From IMG/VR virus record IMGVR_UViG_3300027759_000001: a stretch of 64,000 nt of DNA, one strand, 5' to 3'. The DNA is from a virus. Taxonomy: Duplodnaviria > Caudoviricetes. The position numbers were made by a program, and so were the translations under genes. Under the pieces are notes generated by a model. It ran no database searches and was not told the DNA's origin. It saw nothing but the letters and a program-made list of their open reading frames with translations. Shown piece after piece: positions 23,542 through 32,880 of the stretch (within the stretch, counting starts at the first letter, position 1; each line of letters begins with the position of its first letter).

Positions 23542-24468
23542 ATGAAAAAAGTATGTTTAGATGTATTAGGATGTAGAGCGTTAGGTGATACTTTAGCAGT
23601 AACACCAACTTTAAGAAAACTTTATAATTCTTACGGTAAAAAAATATCTGTTGCGACTCATCACCCTTATCTATTTTTAGATAACCCATATGTTGATAAC
23701 ATCTATACCGATGTAACCGATGAAATAAAAGAAACTCACGAAGTATTCGTATCGTTTAATATTGGTTATCATCCAAATGGTATTTGTTATAAACATAACG
23801 CAATGGACATTAGACAATTCCATGCGATTAATCTTGGTTTTATGTTATCCAAAGATGAGATGGAAATGGATTACATTCCAAAACCAATTGACACAATAGA
23901 AGGTTTACCTGAAAAATATGTTTTAATTCATCCCGTGCAAAATTGGGACTCAAGAACTTGGGATGCAAAGAAATGGCAAATGTTAACCAAACTATTAAAC
24001 GAAAGAGGTATTGCCGTTGTGTCTATTGGTAAAGATTCGTCTGAACTTGGTGGATCTAATGTGGATAAACCTGTATTCAATTTCAAAATTGATTTAGGAT
24101 TAAACTTAATGAATAATACAGATATGGATCAGGCTTGGTACCTCATCCAAAATAGTATGTGTTTTATTACAATGGATTCAGGACTATTACATTTGGCGGG
24201 AACAACCGACGCAGAGATAATTCAATTAGGTAGTTCAATTAATCCTGAGTTTAGATCACCATATAGAAAAGGTTCACAAGAATATAAATATCATTACGTG
24301 GTTGGTGGTTGTGGTTTGAATTGCGCTTCCGACATGAGGTATGGTGTTAGAGAATGGCAATCAATACAAGGTATACCATCACTAGTTAATTGTTTGGAAA
24401 GAAAAGAAACCTTTGAGTGTCACCCAACAATTTTTGCGGTTTATAATAAAGTGTTAGAAATAGTTTAG
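23542..24468 (+). CDS. GT9-like (ADP-heptose transferase fold) glycosyltransferase
   Basis: LGDTLAVTP, YVLIHP...SRTW...W, FITMDSGLLHLAG, C-terminal Cys cluster. Confidence 0.75.
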   Translation: MKKVCLDVLGCRALGDTLAVTPTLRKLYNSYGKKISVATHHPYLFLDNPYVDNIYTDVTDEIKETHEVFVSFNIGYHPNGICYKHNAMDIRQFHAINLGFMLSKDEMEMDYIPKPIDTIEGLPEKYVLIHPVQNWDSRTWDAKKWQMLTKLLNERGIAVVSIGKDSSELGGSNVDKPVFNFKIDLGLNLMNNTDMDQAWYLIQNSMCFITMDSGLLHLAGTTDAEIIQLGSSINPEFRSPYRKGSQEYKYHYVVGGCGLNCASDMRYGVREWQSIQGIPSLVNCLERKETFECHPTIFAVYNKVLEIV

Positions 24469-24497
24469 TTAATGATATTTATTGTTAAACAACAATA

Positions 24498-26066
24498 ATG
24501 GCAACAACAAGACCTTTTTCGTATAATACAGGATCACCAATCTCAGGAACAATTCAGGTTGGTAATTTAGCCGTTGGTTACCCAACAACAGGATTTACAG
24601 GGATGGAATGGTGGAACGGACCTGATGAGGATTTAGGTTATGTGATTGCACAACCCGTTTCAGGAGATACCCAACCAACACCTATAACAATAAATGAAAT
24701 TTTTTTAAGTTCAACTTACAGGGGTACTGATATTATCCTAAGTAATAATAATCAAACCGCATATCAACAATTTGGGTATCAACAATCTGTTTTGGGAACC
24801 AACCCAATTGGTTCTACGGATAAAGTAATGTTTAGTATTTTATGTACCTTGGCAACACCACCAGCATTACCAAACAGTCACTTTGTTGGTATTGGATATA
24901 CTTCAATGAATTATCAAGGAAATCCTTATGGTGGTTACCCCGGTAATGATGGTAATAGTATGGGATATGGTAGCGATGGAAATATTTGGTATAACGGAAG
25001 CATATATTTAGGTGGTCTTCAAACTTGGGGTGATGGTGACATAATTGATATTATTATCAATAATAATGTTAATACATTGTGGGTTAGAGTTAATGGTGGT
25101 AATTGGAATAATAGTCTTTCGGATAACCCTGAAACAAATGCGGGAGGACTTGAAATTATAGGAGACCCATTTTATCCTGTGTTATGTCCAGGATATGAAG
25201 GTACAATGATAGTACAAAATTCACCAACATATAATGTTCCAAATGGATATACATTTTTAGGGTTAACATCTGCATCTGTTGGTTTTTTTAGAACAAATGG
25301 TTTTGATGATAATGAATTTATTAATATTACAAATACCCTTTTAAATTCAAATTATACTGCAACAACCGATGCTTCAACAGGGTTAACAATAAATGGATAT
25401 TGGAATTCATATACTGTAAATGGTGGGAATGGTTTAACCCCCGAAACTGCAGGAGATAACGCTCTTCAAATAAAAACGGATTATTCCGGATCAACTGATG
25501 GTTTATATTGGATTAAAAATAATAATATAAGTGGTGGAACACCATTCCAAATATATGCTGATATGACAACAGATGGTGGTGGTTGGACATTATTGGTTAC
25601 AAACCAAAACACCGATGGATGGACATATGAAAACTCTATATTATTAAATGAATTTAACCCTGTTTCAGGTGGTTCAAACTATTCAATAGTTGCTTACGCT
25701 GATTATTTAAAAAGTTCAGGTGCGACATTCCAATATATGATAGACGCTTACCAAAGAAATCAATTTGGTGGTATATGGTCAGCCCCACAATTTTATTCAT
25801 TTGTTTATACTGCTAATACACAAACATTTGTGACTATTAACACTAAATTTGGTACTTGGAATTATAATGATGGTAGTATTGAACAATATATGCCTTGGCG
25901 TAGTACTAGTAGTGGTTTATTAACCACATCATCCAATCCTGGTGGTGAATGGTGGGGAACTTTAATCACTAATGGTGGTTGGAACCCCGCACCTTGGATT
26001 AGTGGTGATTGTGGTTTAGATGGATGTATGCCTAATCCAGGAATTATATGGTATTGGGTAAGATAA
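24498..26066 (+). CDS. Adaptor domain C interrupted by a SPRY/B30.2-like domain, followed by a fibrinogen-related C-terminal domain
   Basis: N-terminus WWNGPDEDLGYVI. SPRY-like FVGIG...G.DGNS.GY.SDG...GD.IDI...LW.R.NGG.W. Fibrinogen-like IYADMTTDGGGWTLL. Confidence 0.7.
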   Translation: MATTRPFSYNTGSPISGTIQVGNLAVGYPTTGFTGMEWWNGPDEDLGYVIAQPVSGDTQPTPITINEIFLSSTYRGTDIILSNNNQTAYQQFGYQQSVLGTNPIGSTDKVMFSILCTLATPPALPNSHFVGIGYTSMNYQGNPYGGYPGNDGNSMGYGSDGNIWYNGSIYLGGLQTWGDGDIIDIIINNNVNTLWVRVNGGNWNNSLSDNPETNAGGLEIIGDPFYPVLCPGYEGTMIVQNSPTYNVPNGYTFLGLTSASVGFFRTNGFDDNEFINITNTLLNSNYTATTDASTGLTINGYWNSYTVNGGNGLTPETAGDNALQIKTDYSGSTDGLYWIKNNNISGGTPFQIYADMTTDGGGWTLLVTNQNTDGWTYENSILLNEFNPVSGGSNYSIVAYADYLKSSGATFQYMIDAYQRNQFGGIWSAPQFYSFVYTANTQTFVTINTKFGTWNYNDGSIEQYMPWRSTSSGLLTTSSNPGGEWWGTLITNGGWNPAPWISGDCGLDGCMPNPGIIWYWVR

Positions 26067-26083
26067 AATATAATTAAATTAGT

Positions 26084-27181
26084 ATGGCAACTGCAAGACC
26101 TTTCGCATATAACACAGGTTCAACCATAACAGGAACAATACAAATTGGTTCATTGGCCGTTGGTACGCCAACATCGGGATTTACTGGAAACCCTAGATGG
26201 TGGAATGGACCTGATGAAGATTTAGGGTATGTTATTTGTAGACCAAATACTAATGGAAATCAACCAAATCCTGATAATGTACCGGCTTATATCAGATTCT
26301 CAAGGTCAAAATTAAAAACAGACCAATCATTTATTAACTTAGTTAATTCTGTATTTAAACAAACATTTACAACGACCAGTGAGTGTACATCGTATTTAAC
26401 GACAAATGGGTATTGGACTTCTTATGTTTCTCCCCCAACACCAACACCAACATTAACTAATACGCCGACATTAACACCAACTCAAACACCAACATTAACT
26501 CAGACATTAACACCAACTAATACGCCAACATTAACAAGAACATTAACACCAACTCCAACTAATACACCAACACCTACAAACATTAATTCACAAGGATTTA
26601 GTTATTCTAACTTTGCGTCAACTGGAGGCACTGTTTCTGTTGGTAACGTATCACTTTCATCAAACATTCTTTTTTTAACAACTGCGGCTAATGGTCAGGT
26701 TGGTAATGTTTATAGAACAACCGCAATTCAATTTAATAGAAATTTCTCGGCTCAATGGTCAACATTTATCGGAGGAGGTACAGGTGCCGATGGATACTGT
26801 ATTCAATGGACACCAACTAATAACACTAACGGGACTGCAGGTGGTGGTGTAGGATACGTTAGTTCCGCAATAAACGCAATTACATTCTTAACATATTCAA
26901 ATAACAATTATACTTGGTATAAAAATAATGTTTCACAAGGTTCAACGAGTGTTACCCCAGGACTTTGGAGACAAACATTATATTTCTGGGGTGACTATAA
27001 TCATTCGGCACAAACATTTGCACTTTATTGGAGCACAACAAATAGTAAACCTGGTTCGGCAAATAAAACATTTACTAGTTTCTCATTTGACACAAGTTCT
27101 TATTACATGGGATTTGGTGCGGCAACGGGAGGAGCAAATGATAACCATCAATTACTTTCTTGGGTTTTAACATTCACATAA
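26084..27181 (+). CDS. Adaptor domain C + Pro/Thr linker + L-type (legume-like) lectin domain
   Basis: N-terminus near-identical to 24498. LTTAANGQVG, GADG, YMGFGAATGG..DNHQLLSW. Confidence 0.75.
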   Translation: MATARPFAYNTGSTITGTIQIGSLAVGTPTSGFTGNPRWWNGPDEDLGYVICRPNTNGNQPNPDNVPAYIRFSRSKLKTDQSFINLVNSVFKQTFTTTSECTSYLTTNGYWTSYVSPPTPTPTLTNTPTLTPTQTPTLTQTLTPTNTPTLTRTLTPTPTNTPTPTNINSQGFSYSNFASTGGTVSVGNVSLSSNILFLTTAANGQVGNVYRTTAIQFNRNFSAQWSTFIGGGTGADGYCIQWTPTNNTNGTAGGGVGYVSSAINAITFLTYSNNNYTWYKNNVSQGSTSVTPGLWRQTLYFWGDYNHSAQTFALYWSTTNSKPGSANKTFTSFSFDTSSYYMGFGAATGGANDNHQLLSWVLTFT

Positions 27182-27200
27182 TTTAATTAATAGTATTAAT

Positions 27201-27263
27201 TTGATATATGGATCTAATGTATTATCAAATTACAACGCAACTAAATCAAAATTTGGTTTATAA
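27201..27263 (+). pseudogene. Start-less relic of a LamG-protein C-terminus
   Basis: Reads LIYGSNVLSNYNATKSKFGL*, compared with ILNNYNNQKSRFGL* at the end of 22251..23222. No ATG in frame. Confidence 0.55.
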
Positions 27264-27315
27264 TCATATATTTACAGTTATCTAACCTTACCTATTAATT
27301 AAATATAAAAATCTA

Positions 27316-27322
27316 TATTTAT
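27316..27322 (+). promoter_or_regulatory. TATTTAT motif, candidate late promoter
   Basis: 14 nt upstream of ATG 27337. Confidence 0.45.
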
Positions 27323-27336
27323 ATTAAAAGAATTTA

Positions 27337-29502
27337 ATGCCAAATCAAATAACATTAACGGTATCAACTGGAACACCACCATATAATATTTATGTGTGTG
27401 ATATAACAAATACGTATTGTTATTTTGCAACAACTTTTGTTGGTGGAACAATAACCTTTGATTCTCCGGCACCATTAGAATATACAACACCAATTTTAAT
27501 AAAAATAATTGATTCACGTAATTGTGAATCATTCCAATATTACCAATGTGTCCCTACTCCAACACCAACATTGACACCAACATTAACACCAACCCCAACT
27601 GGTCCTTGTACTTGTTGTTGTCTTGCGGTTAGTTGTAATAATGGTAGTGGAGGATCTTTCACTTATACCGATTGTTTTGGAAACGTTATAGGTAATGTTT
27701 TGGTTGCTGGTAATTCTATTGTGTATTATTGTGGTAGTAATGTTACTAATTTAAATAACGTTGCGGTTAATTATGGATCACCTTGTGTTAGTGGAACTTG
27801 TATATTACCTGTTCCAACTGCAACTCTTACACCAACTCAAACACCAACTCCCACTAACACTCAGACTTTAACGCCAACACCTACATTAACACAAACTGTA
27901 ACACAAACATTAACGCCAACTCAAACACCAACACCTACTAACACTCAGACTTTAACTCCAACACCTACATTAACACAAACGTTAACTCAAACTAATACTC
28001 AAACATTAACTCCAACACCAACTAATACTCAGACGTTAACACAAACATTAACACCAACTAATACTCAGCCTTTAACTCAAACACCTACATTAACACCTAC
28101 ATTAACACAAACAGTTACAAGAACTTTAACCCCAACACCTACATTAACAAAAACATTAACACAAACTGTAACACAAACTTTAACACCAACCCCAACTAAT
28201 ACTCAGACGTTAACGCAAACTTTAACTCCAACACCTACATTAACACCTACATTAACTCAAACTAACACTCAAACATTAACGCCAACTTTAACTCCAACAC
28301 CTACTAACACTCAGACTTTAACTCCAACTCCAACTAATACTCAAACTGTAACTCCAACTAACACACAAACTTTAACTCCAACTCCAACTAATACTCAGAC
28401 GTTAACGCAAACTTTAACTCCAACACCTACATTAACACCTACATTAACACAAACTAATACACAAACTTTAACGCCAACTCCAACTAACACACAAACATTA
28501 ACACAAACAGTTACGAAAACTTTAACTCCAACACCTACATTAACACAAACTAATACTCAAACTTTAACTCCAACTCCAACTAATACTCAGACGTTAACGC
28601 AAACTTTAACTCCAACACCTACATTAACACAAACAGTTACGGGAACTTTAACTCCAACACCTACTAACACTCAAACTTTAACGCAAACTGTAACACCAAC
28701 TTTAACTCCAACACCTACATTAACACAAACAGTTACAAGAACTTTAACCCCAACACCTACATTAACTCAAACTTTAACGCAAACTGTAACACCTACATTA
28801 ACACAAACGTTAACTCAAACTAATACTCAAACATTAACTCCAACTCCAACTAACACACAAACATTAACTCAAACTGTAACACAAACTTTAACTCCAACTC
28901 CAACTAATACTCAAACTCCAACTCCAACTAATACTCAAACTGTAACCCCAACTCAAACATTAACGCAAACAGTTACGGGAACTTTAACACCAACTCCAAC
29001 TAATACTCAGACATTAACTCAAACATTAACACAAACAGTTACGAAAACTTTAACTCCAACACCGACATTAACACAAACTGTAACACAAACTTTAACTCCA
29101 ACTCCAACTAATACTCAGACGTTAACACAAACGGTTACGAGAACTGTAACTCCAACACAGACGTTAACACAAACAGTTACAAAAACTTTAACTCCAACTC
29201 CTACACCAACTCAAACTTTAACACAAACATTAACACAAACAGTTACAAAAACTTTAACTCCAACACCTACATTAACTCAAACTTTAACACAAACATTAAC
29301 ACAAACAGTTACGAAAACTTTAACTCCAACACCTACATTAACTCAAACATTAACACAAACAGTTACGAAAACTTTAACTCCAACACCTACATTAACTCAA
29401 ACTGTAACACCAACTCTAACTAGAACCGTAACACCAACTTTAACTACAACACCAACTAAAACTCCAACACCTACATTAACAAAAACTAAACCTCTTCCAT
29501 AA
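27337..29502 (+). CDS. Cys-rich domain B and a second Cys-rich domain, followed by an approximately 555-aa (Thr-X)n mucin-like tail
   Basis: Thr at almost every second residue from 27817 to about 29487; ends KPLP* with no C-terminal domain. Confidence 0.75.
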   Translation: MPNQITLTVSTGTPPYNIYVCDITNTYCYFATTFVGGTITFDSPAPLEYTTPILIKIIDSRNCESFQYYQCVPTPTPTLTPTLTPTPTGPCTCCCLAVSCNNGSGGSFTYTDCFGNVIGNVLVAGNSIVYYCGSNVTNLNNVAVNYGSPCVSGTCILPVPTATLTPTQTPTPTNTQTLTPTPTLTQTVTQTLTPTQTPTPTNTQTLTPTPTLTQTLTQTNTQTLTPTPTNTQTLTQTLTPTNTQPLTQTPTLTPTLTQTVTRTLTPTPTLTKTLTQTVTQTLTPTPTNTQTLTQTLTPTPTLTPTLTQTNTQTLTPTLTPTPTNTQTLTPTPTNTQTVTPTNTQTLTPTPTNTQTLTQTLTPTPTLTPTLTQTNTQTLTPTPTNTQTLTQTVTKTLTPTPTLTQTNTQTLTPTPTNTQTLTQTLTPTPTLTQTVTGTLTPTPTNTQTLTQTVTPTLTPTPTLTQTVTRTLTPTPTLTQTLTQTVTPTLTQTLTQTNTQTLTPTPTNTQTLTQTVTQTLTPTPTNTQTPTPTNTQTVTPTQTLTQTVTGTLTPTPTNTQTLTQTLTQTVTKTLTPTPTLTQTVTQTLTPTPTNTQTLTQTVTRTVTPTQTLTQTVTKTLTPTPTPTQTLTQTLTQTVTKTLTPTPTLTQTLTQTLTQTVTKTLTPTPTLTQTLTQTVTKTLTPTPTLTQTVTPTLTRTVTPTLTTTPTKTPTPTLTKTKPLP
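27817..29487 (+). repeat. 6-nt-period (ACN-NNN) Thr-X repeat built from reshuffled [14 protein letters not shown] blocks
   Basis: Visible directly in DNA and translation. Confidence 0.85.
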
Positions 29503-29564
29503 TATATTTTAATTAAACTATTGTTTTTATTTTATTTAATTATATTTTTTATTAAAAAAGAAAT

Positions 29565-30812
29565 ATGAGAATATTTGTACAAATTGCATCTTACAGAGAT
29601 CCCCAATTAATCCCAACAATTAAAGATATGTTGGAAAAATCAAAAAAACCAAAAAACATTAGACTTGGTATCGCAAGACAATTTCACCCTGAAGACGGTT
29701 TTGACGATCTTTCAGAATATGAAAATGACAACAGATTTAGAATTTTAAATATACCTTACACCGATTCAACAGGAGTTTGTTGGGCAAGAAACTTGACACA
29801 ACAATTATATGAAGGTGAAGAATATACATTACAATTAGATTCTCACATGAGATTTGAACAGGATTGGGATGACACCTTAATCAAAATGATTAAACAATTA
29901 CAAAAGAAAGGATATAAGAAACCTTTGTTGACGGGATATGTTTCTTCATTTGATCCTGATAATGATCCACAAGGGAGAGTTAAAGAGCCATGGAGAATGG
30001 CATTTGACAGATTCACACCTGAAGGTTGTGTTTTCTTTTTACCTGAAACAATACCAGGTTGGGACAAATTAAAGTCTCCAATCCCCTCAAGATTTTATTC
30101 GGCACATTTCTGTTTTACTTTAGGTCAATTTTCAACTGAAGTACAACATGATCCTGAGTTTTATTTTCACGGAGAAGAAATTTCAATTGCGGTAAGAGCA
30201 TATACTCACGGATATGATTTATTCCACCCACATAAAACGGTTATTTGGCATGAGTATACTCGTAAGGGTAGAACAAAACAATGGGATGATGATAAAGAAT
30301 GGGGTAAACGAAATGAAAGATGTCATCAAAAGAATAGACAATTATTAGGTGTTGATGGTGAAGTTCCCGATAGTGATTTTGGGATCTATGGTTTAGGAAC
30401 TGAAAGAACAATACAAGATTATGAAAAATATTCTGGTCTATTATTTTCAAAAAGAGCGGTACAACAACACACATTAGATAAACAATACCCACCAAACCCT
30501 TACACATATAGTTCTGAAGAAGAATGGAAAGAATCTTTCTCTTCAATATTTAAACATTGTATTGATGTTAATTATGGTAGCGTACCTGAAACAGATTATG
30601 ATTTTTGGGTGGTAGCATTCCATAATGCAAAAGATGAAACGTTATATAGATTAGATGCTGGAATCGATGAGATTAATAGAATGAAAAATGATCCTGATGG
30701 TTATTGTAAAGTATGGAGAGAATTTAATGCTACGGATAAACCAACCTATTGGGTTGTATGGCCTCACTCTGTATCAAAAGGGTGGTGTGATAGATTAACA
30801 GGTAATTTATAA
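29565..30812 (+). CDS. GT60-like polypeptide alpha-GlcNAc transferase (GlcNAc/PF11397-like)
   Basis: IFVQIASYRD...TI, G.CWAR...Q.LY.GE.Y.LQLDSHMRF...WD, F.SAHF.F, FHGEE, ..RAYTHGYD...P...V.WH.Y.R. Confidence 0.75.
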   Translation: MRIFVQIASYRDPQLIPTIKDMLEKSKKPKNIRLGIARQFHPEDGFDDLSEYENDNRFRILNIPYTDSTGVCWARNLTQQLYEGEEYTLQLDSHMRFEQDWDDTLIKMIKQLQKKGYKKPLLTGYVSSFDPDNDPQGRVKEPWRMAFDRFTPEGCVFFLPETIPGWDKLKSPIPSRFYSAHFCFTLGQFSTEVQHDPEFYFHGEEISIAVRAYTHGYDLFHPHKTVIWHEYTRKGRTKQWDDDKEWGKRNERCHQKNRQLLGVDGEVPDSDFGIYGLGTERTIQDYEKYSGLLFSKRAVQQHTLDKQYPPNPYTYSSEEEWKESFSSIFKHCIDVNYGSVPETDYDFWVVAFHNAKDETLYRLDAGIDEINRMKNDPDGYCKVWREFNATDKPTYWVVWPHSVSKGWCDRLTGNL

Positions 30813-30815
30813 AAT

Positions 30816-31529
30816 ATGACTTTAGCAGTAATAACTCAAATTAGGAATGAATCAAAAAGATTAAAAGAGTGGGTAGAATTTCATTCTTCTTTTCATAAAA
30901 TAGACCATTTTTTATTTTATTTAGATAATCCTGAAGATAATTCTGAAGAAATGTTAAATGAATTAAAAAAAACATATAGCATTGATTATAAATTTACAAA
31001 TCCTATTGGTGAATATAATGGCAATAATTGTACAATAGCAACAGAAAGACAAAAAGAATCGTTTAAAGATGGTTTTATATTTTTAAGAGATAAATTTGAT
31101 TGGGTTGCAATTTTTGACGTTGATGAATGGATTGTACCTAATAACATAGATGATTATGATTTAAAAAAAACGTTATCTGAAGTTAGTGAAAACATTCTTT
31201 ATCTTCCTATGTATAATTTTATCCCACCTTTTGATTACGATAAATCAATTACTGAACAAAATTTTTATAGATGGTCGTGTCAAGAACGAATAGATAATGA
31301 ACATTTAAGTTGTGGTAAATCAATTATTAGAGGTAAAATTTATTTAGATAGAATATTTGATGTAGATGTTCATATAGGTCCAGCTCTTGATGGATATAGA
31401 AATAATGTAGATTTTAATTCAACAAACCACACATTTAGGTTACATCAATTTCAAGGACATATGGGACATTCTAATAAAAAATATGAAATTTTTGATGACT
31501 CAATAAAAAAAATAATAAATAAAAAATAA
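30816..31529 (+). CDS. GT-A fold glycosyltransferase (GT2_4/GT92-like)
   Basis: IRNE...LKEW..FH......F..Y.DN..D, W.AIFDVDEW, KSI.R. Confidence 0.7.
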   Translation: MTLAVITQIRNESKRLKEWVEFHSSFHKIDHFLFYLDNPEDNSEEMLNELKKTYSIDYKFTNPIGEYNGNNCTIATERQKESFKDGFIFLRDKFDWVAIFDVDEWIVPNNIDDYDLKKTLSEVSENILYLPMYNFIPPFDYDKSITEQNFYRWSCQERIDNEHLSCGKSIIRGKIYLDRIFDVDVHIGPALDGYRNNVDFNSTNHTFRLHQFQGHMGHSNKKYEIFDDSIKKIINKK

Positions 31530-31535
31530 AAAAAT

Positions 31536-32078
31536 ATGAAGAAAATTTTTATAGATGGTGGAGCAAGAATTGCCGAATCATTTGACATAATTAATCGTGA
31601 TATGCCTCAATACTCTAATTTTGAATTTATATTGTACGAACCTCACCCAAATCATACTGATTTTTTAGAAAATCTTTCTAAAGAAAAAAATTTTAAATTT
31701 GTTAATGGTGCTATTTGGGATAAAACAGGATTATCCGATTTTTATCTTGCTATTGATTTTTATGGTGATCAAGGAAGTACATTATGTGATGACAAAAAAG
31801 AAAAATTAGATTTAGAAAATCCTATTAAAGTTAACACATATGATATTGTTGATATATTAAATGAGTTTAGTGATGATGATTATATTGTATTAAAATTAGA
31901 TGTTGAGGGTGGAGAGTATGATATTATACAGAGATTAATAGATACTAATAATTTACATAGAGTTAATGAGTATATTATAGAATGGCATGACCAATTTTAT
32001 GAGGGTAAACGAAAACCAAGATGGTATTTTATTGATGAAATAAATAAATTTAGCACACATAGAGATTGGGTGTATTAA
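31536..32078 (+). CDS. FkbM-family methyltransferase
   Basis: FIDGGAR, YEP.P, GAIW...G, LKLDVEGGEYDI. Confidence 0.75.
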   Translation: MKKIFIDGGARIAESFDIINRDMPQYSNFEFILYEPHPNHTDFLENLSKEKNFKFVNGAIWDKTGLSDFYLAIDFYGDQGSTLCDDKKEKLDLENPIKVNTYDIVDILNEFSDDDYIVLKLDVEGGEYDIIQRLIDTNNLHRVNEYIIEWHDQFYEGKRKPRWYFIDEINKFSTHRDWVY

Positions 32079-32088
32079 AAATAAAATT

Positions 32089-32871
32089 ATGAAAAAAAAA
32101 ATAGCAGTTATATCAGGTTGGTATAACTTTGGGGAAAATAACGGAATTAGTGATGACAATAGGTTTATGACTAATTGTTTTTATGAAAGTGCAAAAAAAC
32201 ACTTTTTACCTCATCACGATGTTGAATTTATTTTTATGAACAATAGTGATATCACAATAGATGGGGTAACAAATATAAATTTTGATTATCAAATTGAGGG
32301 GTTTTGGGAAATGTGTTTAATGAAAATTTTAAGTTTAAAATTTTTAAAAAACGAATATGACTATATATTTGTTCATGATAATGATCAAGTTTACATTAAA
32401 GACGTAAATAACAAAATATTAGAATCTGATTTTACATTTGTGGACCATTTTTATCCATCACCCGTTAAGGATATTTACGAACAAGTAACAGATATAGTAG
32501 AACTAAACTTCAACACATCTGAAGAAAAATGGACTATGGGTAATTTTTTTGGTGGAAAACAAAAAAATATGATGGAGTTATTATCAATAACTGAAGAACA
32601 AAATAAAAAATATTTTGGTTATAATTTTAATCAAAATTATTTTTATTCAAGGTATCCTGAAGAACTTTTTATTGTTAAATATGTTTATGAAAATAATATT
32701 AACCATAAAAGGCTTAATACGTGTGTACATCCATTACAATCTGAGGGGGAATATTTTTTAAGCGATTGGGGTGATGATGATTCGGTTCCTTTTGAGGTTA
32801 CAAACGTAAATTTATTACACAACACTAAAAAAAATTTAAATAAATTAAGAAAATTATATAAACAAAATTAA
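32089..32871 (+). CDS. Divergent GT6-like (ABO/alpha-1,3-Gal(NAc) transferase-like) glycosyltransferase
   Basis: FYESAKKHFL.HHDVEFIF, YDYIFVHDND (DxD), GNFFGG, YPEELF..KY in place of WHDESHLNKY. Confidence 0.55.
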   Translation: MKKKIAVISGWYNFGENNGISDDNRFMTNCFYESAKKHFLPHHDVEFIFMNNSDITIDGVTNINFDYQIEGFWEMCLMKILSLKFLKNEYDYIFVHDNDQVYIKDVNNKILESDFTFVDHFYPSPVKDIYEQVTDIVELNFNTSEEKWTMGNFFGGKQKNMMELLSITEEQNKKYFGYNFNQNYFYSRYPEELFIVKYVYENNINHKRLNTCVHPLQSEGEYFLSDWGDDDSVPFEVTNVNLLHNTKKNLNKLRKLYKQN

Positions 32872-32880
32872 AAAAATTAT

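Noticed and set aside
2395-29487. Tandem repeats as CRISPR arrays or diversity-generating retroelement repeats
   Set aside because: All are in-frame coding repeats without unique spacers. No cas or reverse transcriptase gene and no template/variable repeat pair is visible.
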